From: Escherichia coli
GTDB taxonomy: Bacteria; Pseudomonadota; Gammaproteobacteria; Enterobacterales; Enterobacteriaceae
Length of the DNA stretch: 64,000 nt
Assembly: GCF_003334305.1 (NCBI RefSeq)
Contig: NZ_QOWS01000001.1
Reading direction: 5' to 3' (one strand)
Positions 1 to 12,178 of the stretch are shown one piece after another; position 1 is the stretch's first letter; each line of letters starts with the position of its first letter. Below the pieces are notes generated by a model that saw nothing but the letters and a program-made list of their open reading frames with translations, made no database searches and was not told the DNA's origin. The translations under genes and the position numbers were made by a program.

Positions 1-510
1 CGCAACGTGGTGTTAACACACAATGGTCGTGAAGAACGCATTTCTTTGCAGGCGCTGATGCAAAATGGCGACCTCAATCAGAACCGACTGCTTTACCCCG
101 GCGATATTCTCTATGTGCCGCGTAATGATGATCTGAAAGTATTTGTGATGGGTGAAGTGAAGAAACAGAGCACCCTGAAAATGGACTTTAGCGGCATGAC
201 CCTGACTGAAGCTCTGGGCAATGCCGAAGGTATCGACATGACCACCTCCAACGCCAGCGGCATCTTTGTCATTCGTCCGCTGAAAGGCGAGGGTGGGCGT
301 AACGGCAAGATTGCCAATATCTACCAGCTGGATATGTCCGATGCGACGTCGCTGGTGATGGCGACAGAATTCCGCCTGCAACCTTATGACGTGGTGTATG
401 TCACCACCGCCCCGGTTTCCCGCTGGAACCGTCTGATCAATCAGTTGCTGCCAACTATTAGCGGTGTCCGTTACATGACGGATACAGCCAGCGACATTCA
501 TAACTGGTAA
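1..510 (+). CDS. wza: Wza outer-membrane polysaccharide export lipoprotein, C-terminal part (5' end cut by window edge)
   Basis: ORF track 7..510 is in frame 1 and open to position 1; protein recognised as Wza C-terminus; immediately followed by wzb-wzc. Confidence 0.88.
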   Translation, partial: RNVVLTHNGREERISLQALMQNGDLNQNRLLYPGDILYVPRNDDLKVFVMGEVKKQSTLKMDFSGMTLTEALGNAEGIDMTTSNASGIFVIRPLKGEGGRNGKIANIYQLDMSDATSLVMATEFRLQPYDVVYVTTAPVSRWNRLINQLLPTISGVRYMTDTASDIHNW

Positions 511-515
511 TCGTC

Positions 516-959
516 ATGTTTAACAACATCTTAGTTGTCTGTGTCGGCAATATTTGCCGTTCCCCGACGGCGGAACGCTTACTGCAACGTTATCACCCGG
601 AACTGAAAGTGGAGTCCGCTGGACTCGGCGCGCTGGTCGGTAAGGGCGCAGATCCTACCGCTATCAGCGTCGCCGCAGAACATCAACTGTCTCTGGAAGG
701 CCACTGTGCACGACAAATCAGCCGTCGCCTGTGTCGCAACTATGACCTGATTTTGACCATGGAAAAGCGCCATATCCAACGCTTATGCGAGATGGCACCG
801 GAGATGCGCGGCAAAGTGATGCTGTTTGGTCACTGGGATAACGAATGTGAAATCCCCGATCCGTATCGCAAAAGCCGGGAAACGTTTGCAGCGGTGTACA
901 CATTACTTGAACGGTCTGCCCGCCAGTGGGCGCAGGCATTGAACGCAGAGCAGGTATAA
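516..959 (+). CDS. wzb: Low-molecular-weight protein-tyrosine phosphatase
   Basis: 147 aa; N-terminal CVGNICRSP (CX5R P-loop) motif; position between wza and wzc. Confidence 0.95.
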   Translation: MFNNILVVCVGNICRSPTAERLLQRYHPELKVESAGLGALVGKGADPTAISVAAEHQLSLEGHCARQISRRLCRNYDLILTMEKRHIQRLCEMAPEMRGKVMLFGHWDNECEIPDPYRKSRETFAAVYTLLERSARQWAQALNAEQV

Positions 960-961
960 GA

Positions 962-3124
962 ATGACAGAAAAAGTAAAACAACATGCCGCTCCGGTAACG
1001 GGCAGTGATGAAATCGATATTGGTCGCCTGGTCGGCACCGTCATTGAAGCGCGCTGGTGGGTGATTGGCATCACCGCCGTATTTGCCCTCTGTGCCGTGG
1101 TTTACACTTTCTTCGCCACGCCGATTTATAGTGCCGACGCACTGGTACAAATCGAGCAAAACAGCGGCAATTCGTTAGTGCAGGACATTGGTTCGGCATT
1201 AGCCAACAAACCGCCAGCATCGGACGCCGAGATCCAGTTGATTCGTTCGCGCCTGGTGCTTGGTAAAACGGTGGACGATCTCGACCTCGATATTGCAGTG
1301 AGCAAAAACACGTTCCCGATTTTCGGGGCGGGCTGGGATCGCCTGATGGGGCGTCAGAACGAGACGGTGAAAGTGACTACCTTTAACCGCCCGAAAGAGA
1401 TGGCGGATCAGGTGTTTACACTTAATGTGCTGGACGATAAAAACTACACTCTGAGCAGCGATGGCGGCTTTAGCGCCCGTGGGCAAGCGGGCCAGATGCT
1501 GACAAAAGAAGGCGTCACGCTGATGGTTGAAGCCATTCACGCCCGCCCGGGCAGTGAGTTTACCGTCACCAAATACTCCACGCTGGGGATGATCAATCAA
1601 CTGCAAAACAGCCTGACGGTAACGGAGAACGGCAAAGACGCAGGCGTACTGAGCCTGACTTATACCGGTGAAGATCGCGAACAGATCCGCGACATTCTTA
1701 ACAGCATCGCCCGTAACTATCAGGAACAAAATATTGAGCGCAAATCGGCGGAAGCGTCGAAAAGCCTCGCTTTCCTTGCGCAACAGTTACCGGAAGTACG
1801 TAGCCGCCTCGATGTTGCCGAAAACAAACTGAATGCCTTCCGTCAGGATAAAGATTCTGTTGATCTGCCGCTGGAAGCGAAAGCGGTGCTCGATTCGATG
1901 GTGAACATCGACGCGCAGTTGAACGAACTGACCTTTAAAGAGGCGGAAATCTCCAAGCTGTACACCAAAGTTCACCCGGCGTACCGCACGCTGCTGGAGA
2001 AACGTCAGGCGCTGGAAGACGAAAAAGCCAAACTTAATGGTCGCGTAACGGCGATGCCGAAAACCCAGCAGGAAATTGTCCGTCTGACCCGCGATGTCGA
2101 GTCTGGTCAGCAGGTCTATATGCAACTGCTGAATAAAGAGCAGGAACTGAAAATCACCGAAGCCAGCACCGTCGGCGATGTGCGCATTGTTGACCCGGCA
2201 ATCACCCAGCCTGGCGTGTTAAAACCGAAGAAAGGGCTGATTATCCTCGGCGCGATTATCCTCGGCCTGATGCTCTCTATCGTGGGTGTGCTGCTGCGCT
2301 CGTTGTTTAATCGCGGCATCGAAAGCCCGCAGGTGCTGGAAGAACACGGTATCAGCGTCTATGCCAGCATCCCGCTGTCGGAATGGCAGAAAGCGCGCGA
2401 TAGCGTCAAAACCATCAAAGGGGTTAAACGCTATAAACAGAGTCAGCTACTGGCGGTAGGGAATCCAACCGATCTGGCGATTGAAGCCATCCGTAGTCTG
2501 CGTACCAGTCTGCACTTCGCGATGATACAGGCGCAGAACAATGTGTTGATGATGACCGGGGTTAGCCCGTCAATCGGTAAAACCTTTGTCTGCGCCAACC
2601 TGGCGGCGGTGATCAGCCAGACCAATAAACGGGTGTTGTTGATCGACTGCGATATGCGCAAAGGTTATACCCACGAGCTGTTGGGCACCAATAACGTTAA
2701 TGGCCTGTCGGAAATTCTGATTGGTCAGGGCGATATTACTACCGCTGCTAAACCGACCTCTATTGCCAAATTTGACCTGATCCCGCGCGGTCAGGTACCG
2801 CCAAATCCTTCTGAACTGTTGATGAGCGAACGCTTTGCCGAACTGGTGAACTGGGCGAGTAAAAACTACGACCTGGTGTTGATTGATACGCCGCCGATTC
2901 TGGCAGTGACCGATGCCGCAATTGTTGGTCGTCATGTCGGAACCACGTTAATGGTGGCGCGTTATGCGGTCAACACCTTGAAAGAAGTGGAAACCAGTCT
3001 GAGCCGCTTTGAGCAAAACGGTATTCCGGTGAAAGGGGTGATTCTGAACTCCATCTTCCGCCGCGCCAGCGCGTATCAGGATTATGGCTATTACGAATAC
3101 GAATATAAGTCGGATGCGAAATAA
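962..3124 (+). CDS. wzc: Tyrosine autokinase / polysaccharide co-polymerase
   Basis: ATG at 962 (MTEKVKQ...) within ORF 926..3124; Walker A GVSPSIGKT; C-terminal tyrosine-rich tail YQDYGYYEYEY. Confidence 0.95.
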   Translation: MTEKVKQHAAPVTGSDEIDIGRLVGTVIEARWWVIGITAVFALCAVVYTFFATPIYSADALVQIEQNSGNSLVQDIGSALANKPPASDAEIQLIRSRLVLGKTVDDLDLDIAVSKNTFPIFGAGWDRLMGRQNETVKVTTFNRPKEMADQVFTLNVLDDKNYTLSSDGGFSARGQAGQMLTKEGVTLMVEAIHARPGSEFTVTKYSTLGMINQLQNSLTVTENGKDAGVLSLTYTGEDREQIRDILNSIARNYQEQNIERKSAEASKSLAFLAQQLPEVRSRLDVAENKLNAFRQDKDSVDLPLEAKAVLDSMVNIDAQLNELTFKEAEISKLYTKVHPAYRTLLEKRQALEDEKAKLNGRVTAMPKTQQEIVRLTRDVESGQQVYMQLLNKEQELKITEASTVGDVRIVDPAITQPGVLKPKKGLIILGAIILGLMLSIVGVLLRSLFNRGIESPQVLEEHGISVYASIPLSEWQKARDSVKTIKGVKRYKQSQLLAVGNPTDLAIEAIRSLRTSLHFAMIQAQNNVLMMTGVSPSIGKTFVCANLAAVISQTNKRVLLIDCDMRKGYTHELLGTNNVNGLSEILIGQGDITTAAKPTSIAKFDLIPRGQVPPNPSELLMSERFAELVNWASKNYDLVLIDTPPILAVTDAAIVGRHVGTTLMVARYAVNTLKEVETSLSRFEQNGIPVKGVILNSIFRRASAYQDYGYYEYEYKSDAK

Positions 3125-3129
3125 CGACA

Positions 3130-3245
3130 TCCGCTGTCGGATGCGATGCTGACGCATCTTATCCGACCTACCTTCACGCCGCATCCGGCAAGCAAACCAG
3201 CTCCGTAGGCCGGATAAGGCGCTCACGCCGCATCCGGCAACAGAA
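3130..3245. repeat. REP/BIME cluster (repetitive extragenic palindromes)
   Basis: Tandem inverted copies of GCCGGATGCGGCG...CTTATCCGGCCTAC-like palindromes in wzc-wcaA intergenic. Confidence 0.7.
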
Positions 3246-3301
3246 CCCGTAAACAAGCTTATAAACCGGCAGAACATCTCGACACTCCGGGAGAACAACC
3301 T

Positions 3302-4141
3302 ATGAAAGACAATCCGCTGATTTCAATCTATATGCCGACCTGGAACCGCCAACAACTGGCGATTCGGGCGATAAAATCGGTCCTGCGCCAGGACTACAGC
3401 AACTGGGAGATGATCATCGTGGATGATTGCTCCACCTCCTGGGAACAACTGCAACAGTACGTCACTGCCCTCAACGATCCGCGTATTACCTACATTCACA
3501 ACGACATTAACAGCGGGGCGTGCGCGGTACGTAACCAGGCGATTATGCTGGCGCAAGGGGAATACATTACCGGGATCGATGACGATGATGAATGGACGCC
3601 CAACCGCCTGAGCGTCTTCCTCGCCCATAAACAGCAACTGGTCACTCACGCCTTTTTGTACGCTAACGACTACGTATGCCAGGGAGAAGTTTATTCCCAA
3701 CCAGCAAGCTTACCACTGTATCCCAAATCGCCGTACTCACGCCGCCTGTTCTATAAACGCAATATCATTGGCAATCAGGTTTTTACCTGGGCGTGGCGTT
3801 TCAAAGAGTGCTTGTTCGATACCGAACTGAAAGCAGCACAGGATTACGACATCTTCCTGCGGATGGTGGTGGAGTATGGCGAACCGTGGAAAGTGGAAGA
3901 GGCGACGCAGATCCTGCATATCAATCACGGTGAAATGCAGATCACCTCGTCACCGAAAAAATTCTCCGGGTACTTCCACTTTTACCGCAAGCACAAAGAT
4001 AAATTTGACCGTGCAAGCAAAAAATATCAGCTGTTTACCCTCTACCAGATCCGCAATAAACGTATGACCTGGCGCACTTTGCTGACGCTGCTGTCGGTGC
4101 GTAACGGCAAACGTCTGGCTGATGGTATTCGGGGGCGCTAA
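3302..4141 (+). CDS. wcaA: Colanic acid glycosyltransferase (GT2)
   Basis: 279 aa; GT2 N-terminal SIYMPTWNR...IVDDCS motif; synteny. Confidence 0.93.
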   Translation: MKDNPLISIYMPTWNRQQLAIRAIKSVLRQDYSNWEMIIVDDCSTSWEQLQQYVTALNDPRITYIHNDINSGACAVRNQAIMLAQGEYITGIDDDDEWTPNRLSVFLAHKQQLVTHAFLYANDYVCQGEVYSQPASLPLYPKSPYSRRLFYKRNIIGNQVFTWAWRFKECLFDTELKAAQDYDIFLRMVVEYGEPWKVEEATQILHINHGEMQITSSPKKFSGYFHFYRKHKDKFDRASKKYQLFTLYQIRNKRMTWRTLLTLLSVRNGKRLADGIRGR

Positions 4142-4143
4142 AG

Positions 4144-4632
4144 ATGCTGGAAGATCTGCGTGCCAACAGCTGGAGTTTACGCCCGTGCTGCATGGTTCTT
4201 GCCTATCGTGTTGCTCATTTTTGTTCGGTGTGGCGCAAAAAGAACGTCCTCAACAATCTGTGGGCGGCCCCGCTGCTGGTGCTGTATCGCATTATCACCG
4301 AATGCTTTTTCGGTTATGAAATCCAGGCCGCCGCGACCATTGGCCGCCGCTTTACTATCCATCACGGTTACGCCGTAGTGATCAATAAAAACGTGGTAGC
4401 GGGGGATGATTTCACCATTCGCCACGGCGTCACTATCGGCAATCGTGGTGCCGATAACATGGCATGTCCACACATTGGCAACGGCGTCGAACTCGGTGCC
4501 AACGTCATTATTCTTGGTGATATCACGCTTGGTAACAACGTCACCGTGGGCGCGGGCAGCGTGGTGCTCGACTCTGTCCCGGACAACGCGCTGGTGGTGG
4601 GAGAAAAAGCGCGAGTGAAGGTAATTAAATGA
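4144..4632 (+). CDS. wcaB: Colanic acid O-acetyltransferase (hexapeptide repeat)
   Basis: 162 aa; left-handed beta-helix hexapeptide repeats; synteny. Confidence 0.93.
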   Translation: MLEDLRANSWSLRPCCMVLAYRVAHFCSVWRKKNVLNNLWAAPLLVLYRIITECFFGYEIQAAATIGRRFTIHHGYAVVINKNVVAGDDFTIRHGVTIGNRGADNMACPHIGNGVELGANVIILGDITLGNNVTVGAGSVVLDSVPDNALVVGEKARVKVIK

Positions 4633-5846
4633 ATATTCTGCAATTTAATGTGCGACTGGCGGAAGGCGGGGCGGCAGGTGTGGCGTTAGATCTCCATCAG
4701 CGTGCGCTGCAACAGGGGCTGGCGTCACATTTTGTCTACGGCTACGGCAAAGGCGGCAAAGAGAGCGTCAGCCATCAGAACTATCCGCAGGTCATCAAAC
4801 ATACGCCGCGGATGACCGCGATGGCGAACATTGCGTTGTTTCGTCTGTTTAATCGCGATCTGTTCGGCAATTTCAATGAGTTATATCGCACCATTACTCG
4901 CACCCCGGGGCCGGTGGTTCTGCATTTTCATGTGCTGCACAGCTACTGGCTAAATCTTAAGAGCGTGGTGCGCTTTTGCGAAAAGGTGAAAAACCATAAA
5001 CCGGATGTCACTCTGGTCTGGACGCTGCACGACCACTGGAGCGTTACCGGGCGCTGCGCCTTTACCGACGGTTGTGAAGGCTGGAAAACGGGCTGCCAGA
5101 AATGCCCGACCTTAAATAACTATCCGCCGGTGAAGATTGATCGCGCGCACCAGCTGGTGGCGGGCAAACGCCAGTTATTTCGTGAGATGCTGGCGCTGGG
5201 CTGTCAGTTTATTTCCCCCAGCCAGCATGTGGCTGACGCTTTCAATAGTCTGTACGGGCCAGGGCGTTGCCGGATTATCAATAATGGTATTGATATGGCA
5301 ACCGAAGCGATTCTGGCGGACTTGCCTCCGGTGCGCGAAACCCAGGGCAAGCCGAAAATCGCGGTGGTGGCGCATGACCTGCGTTACGACGGCAAGACTA
5401 ACCAGCAACTGGTGCGTGAGATGATGGCGCTGGGCGACAAAATTGAACTGCATACCTTCGGTAAGTTCTCGCCGTTCACCGCTGGCAACGTGGTTAATCA
5501 CGGCTTTGAAACCGACAAACGTAAGCTGATGAGCGCGCTCAATCAGATGGATGCGCTGGTGTTCAGTTCTCGCGTCGATAACTACCCGCTGATTTTGTGT
5601 GAGGCGCTATCGATTGGCGTGCCGGTGATTGCCACCCATAGCGATGCGGCGCGTGAAGTGCTGCAAAAATCCGGCGGTAAAACCGTCAGTGAAGAAGAGG
5701 TGCTGCAACTGGTGCAGTTAAGCAAACCGGAAATCGCGCAGGCGATATTTGGTACCACGCTGGCTGAGTTCAGCCAACGCAGCCGCGCCGCCTACAGTGG
5801 ACAACAGATGCTGGAGGAGTATGTCAACTTCTATCAGAATCTGTAG
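4629..5846 (+). CDS. wcaC: Colanic acid glycosyltransferase (GT4-like)
   Basis: 405 aa; start overlaps wcaB stop; synteny. Confidence 0.93.
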   Translation: MNILQFNVRLAEGGAAGVALDLHQRALQQGLASHFVYGYGKGGKESVSHQNYPQVIKHTPRMTAMANIALFRLFNRDLFGNFNELYRTITRTPGPVVLHFHVLHSYWLNLKSVVRFCEKVKNHKPDVTLVWTLHDHWSVTGRCAFTDGCEGWKTGCQKCPTLNNYPPVKIDRAHQLVAGKRQLFREMLALGCQFISPSQHVADAFNSLYGPGRCRIINNGIDMATEAILADLPPVRETQGKPKIAVVAHDLRYDGKTNQQLVREMMALGDKIELHTFGKFSPFTAGNVVNHGFETDKRKLMSALNQMDALVFSSRVDNYPLILCEALSIGVPVIATHSDAAREVLQKSGGKTVSEEEVLQLVQLSKPEIAQAIFGTTLAEFSQRSRAAYSGQQMLEEYVNFYQNL

Positions 5847-7038
5847 CTACCTGCTGCTGCCGCTGATCTACCTGCTGGTTAACGTCAAAATCGCCCAGCT
5901 TGGCGAAAGTTTCCCCATCACTATCGTCACTTTTTTACCTGTCTTGTTACTGCTGTTTTTAGAACGCATCAGCGTTAAAAAATTGATGATTGCCTTAGGG
6001 ATTGGTGCGGGACTCACGGCGTTTAACTACCTGTTTGGTCAGTCGCTGGATGCCGGTAAATACGTCACTTCAACCATGCTGTTTGTCTATATTGTGATCA
6101 TTATTGGCATGGTGTGGAGTATTCGTTTTAAAACAATTTCGCCACACAACCATCGCAAGATATTACGTTTCTTTTATCTGGTGGTCGGGCTGGTGGTGGC
6201 GCTGGCGGCGGTGGAGATGGCGCAAATTATCCTCACCGGCGGCAGCAGTATTATGGAGTCGATTTCGAAATATCTGATTTACAGCAACAGCTATGTACTG
6301 AATTTCATTAAATTCGGCGGTAAGCGTACGACAGCACTTTATTTCGAACCGGCATTTTTCGCTCTGGCATTAATCTCAATTTGGCTCAGCATCAAACAGT
6401 TTGGTATCAAAACGCCTAAAACCGATGCTATGATTCTCGCAGGAATAATATTATCCGGATCGTTTTCAGGGGTTATGACCTTTATCCTGTTTTATTTGCT
6501 GGAGTGGGCATTCCAATATCTGAATAAAGAGGCGATTAAGAAAAAGTTGCCGTTAGCATTGATTTCTCTGGCTGTATTCCTGGTTGGTGTGGTAATCGCG
6601 TTTCCTTATATTTCCACCCGTCTGGGCGATTTAGGTACGGAAGGATCGTCATCGTATTATCGTATTGTCGGTCCGCTGGTAATGGTCGGTTATTCTTTGA
6701 CCCATATTGACGGTGTAGTCAGATTTGGCTCACTTTATGAATATGTCGCATCATTCGGAATATTTAACGGTGCGGATGTCGGAAAAACCATAGACAATGG
6801 TTTGTATCTGCTGATTATTTATTTTTCCTGGTTCGCAGTGTTTTTATCGCTGTGGTACATGGGGAAAGTGATAAAAATGATGATCAACGCTTTTGGTGAT
6901 AACCGCAATTTTCGCGTGCAATTATATCTTTTCACTCCGGTATCGCTGTTTTTTACCGGTTCGATATTTAGCCCGGAATATGCATTTTTAATCGTCTGTC
7001 CGTTTATTTTGCGAAAAGCGTTAAATATTACGAGGTAA
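5821..7038 (+). CDS. wcaD: Colanic acid polymerase (Wzy-type, multi-TM)
   Basis: Internal ATG at 5821 of ORF 5749..7038 gives 405 aa; highly hydrophobic multi-span protein; synteny. Confidence 0.9.
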   Translation: MSTSIRICSYLLLPLIYLLVNVKIAQLGESFPITIVTFLPVLLLLFLERISVKKLMIALGIGAGLTAFNYLFGQSLDAGKYVTSTMLFVYIVIIIGMVWSIRFKTISPHNHRKILRFFYLVVGLVVALAAVEMAQIILTGGSSIMESISKYLIYSNSYVLNFIKFGGKRTTALYFEPAFFALALISIWLSIKQFGIKTPKTDAMILAGIILSGSFSGVMTFILFYLLEWAFQYLNKEAIKKKLPLALISLAVFLVGVVIAFPYISTRLGDLGTEGSSSYYRIVGPLVMVGYSLTHIDGVVRFGSLYEYVASFGIFNGADVGKTIDNGLYLLIIYFSWFAVFLSLWYMGKVIKMMINAFGDNRNFRVQLYLFTPVSLFFTGSIFSPEYAFLIVCPFILRKALNITR

Positions 7039-7048
7039 GAATAAGAAC

Positions 7049-7795
7049 ATGTTGCTTAGCATAATCACTGTCGCGTTTCGTAACCTCGAAGGGATAGTCA
7101 AAACACATGCCTCGCTGGCGCATCTGGCGCAGGCGGAAGATATCAGCTTCGAATGGATTGTTGTCGATGGCGGTTCCAACGACGGCACCCGTGAGTATCT
7201 GGAAAATCTCAATGGTATCTTTAACCTACGCTTTGTCAGCGAGCCAGATAACGGTATCTACGACGCCATGAACAAAGGCATTGCGATGGCACAAGGCAAG
7301 TTCGCGTTGTTTCTCAACTCGGGCGATATTTTTCATCAGGATGCCGCAAATTTTGTCCGTAAGTTAAAAATGCAAAAAGATAACGTGATGATCACCGGCG
7401 ATGCGCTGCTGGATTTTGGCGACGGGCATAAAATTAAGCGTAGTGCTAAACCGGGTTGGTATATTTATCACAGCCTGCCCGCCAGCCATCAGGCGATATT
7501 TTTCCCGGTATCCGGCTTGAAAAAATGGCGTTATGACCTGGAATATAAAGTATCTTCCGATTACGCGCTGGCGGCTAAAATGTATAAAGCCGGTTATGCA
7601 TTTAAAAAACTCAATGGCCTGGTGTCTGAATTTTCCATGGGTGGGGTATCAACCACCAATAATATGGAATTGTGTGCTGACGCCAAAAAAGTCCAACGGC
7701 AAATATTACATGTGCCTGGCTTCTGGGCAGAATTATCCTGGCATTTACGCCAACGTACTACCTCAAAGACGAAAGCCTTATATAACAAAAGCTGA
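7049..7795 (+). CDS. wcaE: Colanic acid glycosyltransferase (GT2)
   Basis: 248 aa; synteny. Confidence 0.92.
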   Translation: MLLSIITVAFRNLEGIVKTHASLAHLAQAEDISFEWIVVDGGSNDGTREYLENLNGIFNLRFVSEPDNGIYDAMNKGIAMAQGKFALFLNSGDIFHQDAANFVRKLKMQKDNVMITGDALLDFGDGHKIKRSAKPGWYIYHSLPASHQAIFFPVSGLKKWRYDLEYKVSSDYALAAKMYKAGYAFKKLNGLVSEFSMGGVSTTNNMELCADAKKVQRQILHVPGFWAELSWHLRQRTTSKTKALYNKS

Positions 7796-7810
7796 ATATA
7801 AGGGAAAACG

Positions 7811-8359
7811 ATGCAAGATTTAAGCGGTTTCTCGGTGCCGAAAGGGTTCCGGGGCGGCAACGCTATTAAAGTGCAATTATGGTGGGCAGTACAGGCAACA
7901 ATATTTGCCTGGTCGCCACAAGTATTGTATCGCTGGCGGGCTTTTTTATTACGTTTATTCGGCGCAAAAATAGGAAAAAACGTAGTTATTCGTCCGTCAG
8001 TAAAAATTACCTATCCGTGGAAATTAACCTTAGGTGATTACGCGTGGGTCGGCGATGACGTCAATTTATATACCCTCGGTGAAATAACCATTGGCGCACA
8101 TTCGGTGATATCGCAAAAAAGTTATTTATGCACCGGTAGCCACGACCATGCAAGTCAACATTTCACCATTAACGCCACGCCTATTGTGATTGGCGAGAAA
8201 TGCTGGCTGGCAACCGATGTCTTTGTTGCCCCAGGCGTCACAATCGGCGACGGCACCGTCGTGGGTGCACGAAGCAGTGTTTTTAAATCGCTTCCGGCAA
8301 ATGTGGTTTGCCGGGGGAATCCCGCAGTGGTGATACGCGAACGCGTTGAAACTGAATAA
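7811..8359 (+). CDS. wcaF: Colanic acid O-acetyltransferase (hexapeptide repeat)
   Basis: 182 aa; hexapeptide repeats; synteny. Confidence 0.92.
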   Translation: MQDLSGFSVPKGFRGGNAIKVQLWWAVQATIFAWSPQVLYRWRAFLLRLFGAKIGKNVVIRPSVKITYPWKLTLGDYAWVGDDVNLYTLGEITIGAHSVISQKSYLCTGSHDHASQHFTINATPIVIGEKCWLATDVFVAPGVTIGDGTVVGARSSVFKSLPANVVCRGNPAVVIRERVETE

Positions 8360-8384
8360 ATTCAAAAATACAGAGGAATAAGAC

Positions 8385-9506
8385 ATGTCAAAAGTCGCTC
8401 TCATCACCGGTGTAACCGGACAAGACGGTTCTTACCTGGCAGAGTTTCTGCTGGAAAAAGGTTACGAGGTGCATGGTATTAAGCGTCGCGCATCGTCATT
8501 CAACACCGAGCGCGTGGATCACATTTATCAGGATCCGCACACCTGCAACCCGAAATTCCATCTGCATTATGGCGACCTGAGTGATACCTCCAACCTGACG
8601 CGCATTTTGCGTGAAGTACAGCCGGATGAAGTGTACAACCTGGGCGCAATGAGCCACGTTGCGGTTTCTTTTGAGTCACCGGAATATACCGCAGACGTCG
8701 ATGCGATGGGTACGCTGCGCCTGCTCGAGGCGATCCGCTTCCTCGGTCTGGAAAAGAAAACCCGTTTCTATCAGGCTTCCACCTCTGAACTGTACGGTCT
8801 GGTGCAGGAAATTCCGCAGAAAGAAACCACGCCGTTCTACCCGCGATCTCCGTATGCGGTCGCCAAACTGTACGCCTACTGGATCACCGTTAACTACCGC
8901 GAATCCTACGGCATGTACGCTTGTAACGGAATTCTCTTCAACCATGAATCCCCGCGCCGCGGCGAAACCTTCGTTACCCGCAAAATCACCCGCGCAATCG
9001 CCAACATCGCCCAGGGGCTGGAGTCGTGCCTGTACCTCGGCAATATGGATTCCCTGCGTGACTGGGGCCACGCCAAAGACTACGTAAAAATGCAGTGGAT
9101 GATGCTGCAACAGGAACAGCCGGAAGATTTCGTTATCGCGACCGGCGTTCAGTACTCCGTGCGTCAGTTCGTGGAAATGGCAGCGGCACAGCTGGGCATC
9201 AAACTGCGCTTTGAAGGCACGGGTGTTGAAGAGAAGGGCATTGTGGTTTCCGTCACCGGGCATGACGCGCCGGGCGTTAAACCGGGTGATGTGATTATCG
9301 CCGTTGATCCGCGTTACTTCCGTCCGGCTGAAGTTGAAACGCTGCTCGGCGACCCGACCAAAGCGCACGAAAAACTGGGCTGGAAACCGGAAATCACCCT
9401 CAGAGAGATGGTGTCTGAAATGGTGGCTAATGACCTCGAAGCGGCGAAAAAACACTCTCTGCTGAAATCTCACGGCTACGACGTGGCGATCGCGCTGGAG
9501 TCATAA
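8385..9506 (+). CDS. gmd: GDP-mannose 4,6-dehydratase
   Basis: 373 aa; N-terminal [10 protein letters not shown] Rossmann motif; protein recognised. Confidence 0.96.
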
Positions 9507-9508
9507 GC

Positions 9509-10474
9509 ATGAGTAGACAACGCATTTTTATCGCTGGCCATCGCGGAATGGTCGGTTCTGCCATCAGGCGGCAGCTCGAACAGCGCGGTGATGTGGAACT
9601 GGTATTACGCACCCGCGACGAGCTGAACCTGCTGGACAGCCGCGCGGTGCATGATTTCTTTGCCAGCGAACGCATTGACCAGGTCTATCTGGCGGCGGCG
9701 AAAGTGGGCGGCATTGTTGCCAACAACACCTATCCGGCGGATTTCATCTACCAGAACATGATGATTGAGAGCAACATCATTCACGCCGCGCATCAGAACG
9801 ACGTGAACAAACTGCTGTTTCTCGGATCGTCCTGCATCTACCCGAAACTGGCAAAACAGCCGATGGCAGAAAGCGAGCTGTTGCAGGGCACGCTGGAGCC
9901 GACTAACGAGCCTTATGCCATTGCCAAAATCGCCGGGATCAAACTGTGCGAATCTTACAACCGCCAGTATGGACGCGATTACCGCTCGGTCATGCCAACC
10001 AACCTGTACGGGCCACACGACAACTTCCATCCGAGTAACTCGCATGTGATCCCAGCATTGCTGCGTCGCTTCCACGAGGCGACGGCACAGAATGCACCGG
10101 ACGTGGTGGTGTGGGGCAGCGGTACACCGATGCGTGAATTTCTGCACGTCGATGATATGGCGGCGGCAAGCATTCATGTGATGGAGCTGGCGCACGAAGT
10201 CTGGCTGGAAAACACCCAGCCGATGTTGTCGCACATTAACGTCGGTACGGGCGTTGACTGCACTATCCGCGAGCTGGCGCAAACCATCGCCAAAGTGGTG
10301 GGTTACAAAGGTCGGGTGGTTTTTGATGCCAGTAAACCGGATGGTACGCCGCGCAAACTGCTGGATGTGACGCGCCTGCATCAGCTTGGCTGGTATCACG
10401 AAATCTCACTGGAAGCGGGGCTTGCCAGCACTTACCAGTGGTTCCTTGAGAATCAAGACCGCTTTCGGGGGTAA
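9509..10474 (+). CDS. fcl: GDP-L-fucose synthase
   Basis: 321 aa; SDR-type GHRGMVG motif; follows gmd. Confidence 0.96.
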   Translation: MSRQRIFIAGHRGMVGSAIRRQLEQRGDVELVLRTRDELNLLDSRAVHDFFASERIDQVYLAAAKVGGIVANNTYPADFIYQNMMIESNIIHAAHQNDVNKLLFLGSSCIYPKLAKQPMAESELLQGTLEPTNEPYAIAKIAGIKLCESYNRQYGRDYRSVMPTNLYGPHDNFHPSNSHVIPALLRRFHEATAQNAPDVVVWGSGTPMREFLHVDDMAAASIHVMELAHEVWLENTQPMLSHINVGTGVDCTIRELAQTIAKVVGYKGRVVFDASKPDGTPRKLLDVTRLHQLGWYHEISLEAGLASTYQWFLENQDRFRG

Positions 10475-10956
10475 TGATGTTTTTACGTCAGGAAGACTTT
10501 GCCACGGTAGTGCGCTCCACCCCGCTTGTCTCTCTCGACTTTATTGTCGAGAACAGTCGCGGCGAGTTTCTGCTTGGCAAAAGAACCAACCGCCCGGCGC
10601 AGGGTTACTGGTTTGTGCCGGGAGGGCGCGTGCAGAAAGACGAAACGCTGGAAGCCGCATTTGAGCGGCTGACGATGGCGGAACTGGGGCTGCGTCTGCC
10701 GATAACAGCAGGCCAGTTTTACGGTGTCTGGCAGCACTTTTATGACGATAACTTCTCCGGCATGGATTTCACCACTCACTATGTGGTGCTCGGTTTTCGC
10801 TTCAGAGTATCGGAAGAAGAGCTGTTACTGCCGGATGAGCAGCATGACGATTACCGCTGGCTGACGCCGGATGCACTGCTCGCCAGTGACAATGTTCACG
10901 CTAACAGCCGCGCCTATTTTCTCGCTGAGAAGCGTGCCGGAGTACCCGGATTATGA
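10474..10956 (+). CDS. gmm: GDP-mannose mannosyl hydrolase (Nudix)
   Basis: 160 aa; Nudix fold protein; synteny. Confidence 0.92.
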   Translation: MMFLRQEDFATVVRSTPLVSLDFIVENSRGEFLLGKRTNRPAQGYWFVPGGRVQKDETLEAAFERLTMAELGLRLPITAGQFYGVWQHFYDDNFSGMDFTTHYVVLGFRFRVSEEELLLPDEQHDDYRWLTPDALLASDNVHANSRAYFLAEKRAGVPGL

Positions 10957-12176
10957 AAATACTGGTCTACGGCATTAACTACTCGCCGGAGTTAACCGGC
11001 ATCGGCAAATACACCGGCGAGATGGTGGAATGGCTGGCGGCACAAGGTCATGAGGTGCGGGTCATTACCGCACCGCCTTACTACCCGCAGTGGCAGGTGG
11101 GTGAGAACTATTCCGCCTGGCGGTACAAACGAGAAGAGGGGGCCGCCACGGTGTGGCGCTGCCCGCTGTACGTGCCAAAACAGCCGAGCACCCTGAAACG
11201 CCTGTTGCATCTCAGCAGTTTTGCCGTCAGCAGTTTCTTTCCTCTGATGGCGCAACGTCGCTGGAAGCCGGATCGCATTATTGGCGTGGTGCCAACGCTG
11301 TTTTGCACGCCGGGAATGCGCCTGCTGGCGAAACTCTCTGGCGCGCGTACCGTGCTGCATATTCAGGATTACGAAGTGGACGCCATGCTGGGGCTGGGCC
11401 TTGCCGGAAAAGGCAAAGGCGGCAAAGTGGCACAGCTGGCGACGGCGTTCGAACGTAGCGGACTGCATAACGTCGATAACGTCTCCACGATTTCGCGTTC
11501 GATGATGAATAAAGCCATCGAAAAAGGCGTGGCGGCAGAAAACGTCATCTTCTTCCCCAACTGGTCAGAAATTGCCCGTTTTCAGCATGTTGCAGATGCC
11601 GATGTTGATGCCCTTCGTAACCAGCTTGGCCTGCCGGATAACAAAAAAATCATTCTTTACTCCGGCAATATTGGTGAAAAGCAGGGGCTGGAAAACGTTA
11701 TTGAAGCTGCCGATCGCCTGCGCGATGAACCGCTGATTTTTGCCATTGTCGGGCAGGGCGGCGGCAAAGCGCGGCTGGAAAAAATGGCGCAGCAGCGTGG
11801 ACTGCGCAACATGCAATTTTTTCCGCTGCAATCGTATGACGCTTTACCCGCACTGCTGAAGATGGGCGATTGCCATCTGGTGGTGCAAAAACGCGGCGCG
11901 GCAGATGCCGTATTGCCGTCGAAACTGACCAATATTCTGGCGGTAGGCGGTAACGCGGTGATTACTGCAGAAGCCCACACAGAACTGGGACAGCTTTGCG
12001 AAACCTTTCCGGGCATTGCGGTTTGCGTAGAGCCGGAATCGGTCGAGGCGCTGGTGGCGGGGATCCGTCAGGCGCTCCTGCTGCCCAAACACAACACGGT
12101 GGCACGTGAATATGCCGAACGCACTCTCGATAAAGAGAACGTGTTACGTCAATTTATAAATGATATTCGGGGATAA
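10953..12176 (+). CDS. wcaI: Colanic acid glycosyltransferase (GT4)
   Basis: 407 aa; synteny. Confidence 0.92.
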   Translation: MKILVYGINYSPELTGIGKYTGEMVEWLAAQGHEVRVITAPPYYPQWQVGENYSAWRYKREEGAATVWRCPLYVPKQPSTLKRLLHLSSFAVSSFFPLMAQRRWKPDRIIGVVPTLFCTPGMRLLAKLSGARTVLHIQDYEVDAMLGLGLAGKGKGGKVAQLATAFERSGLHNVDNVSTISRSMMNKAIEKGVAAENVIFFPNWSEIARFQHVADADVDALRNQLGLPDNKKIILYSGNIGEKQGLENVIEAADRLRDEPLIFAIVGQGGGKARLEKMAQQRGLRNMQFFPLQSYDALPALLKMGDCHLVVQKRGAADAVLPSKLTNILAVGGNAVITAEAHTELGQLCETFPGIAVCVEPESVEALVAGIRQALLLPKHNTVAREYAERTLDKENVLRQFINDIRG

Positions 12177-12178
12177 TT

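Noticed and set aside
8676-9473. 265-aa ORF antisense to gmd; similar long antisense ORFs at 9605-10399 (opposite fcl), 18632-19414 (opposite wcaK), 37324-38142 (opposite manB) and 35912-36418 (opposite manC)
   Set aside because: They lie entirely opposite well-supported genes in GC-rich DNA, have no recognisable motifs and no ribosome-binding sites; typical frame artefacts.
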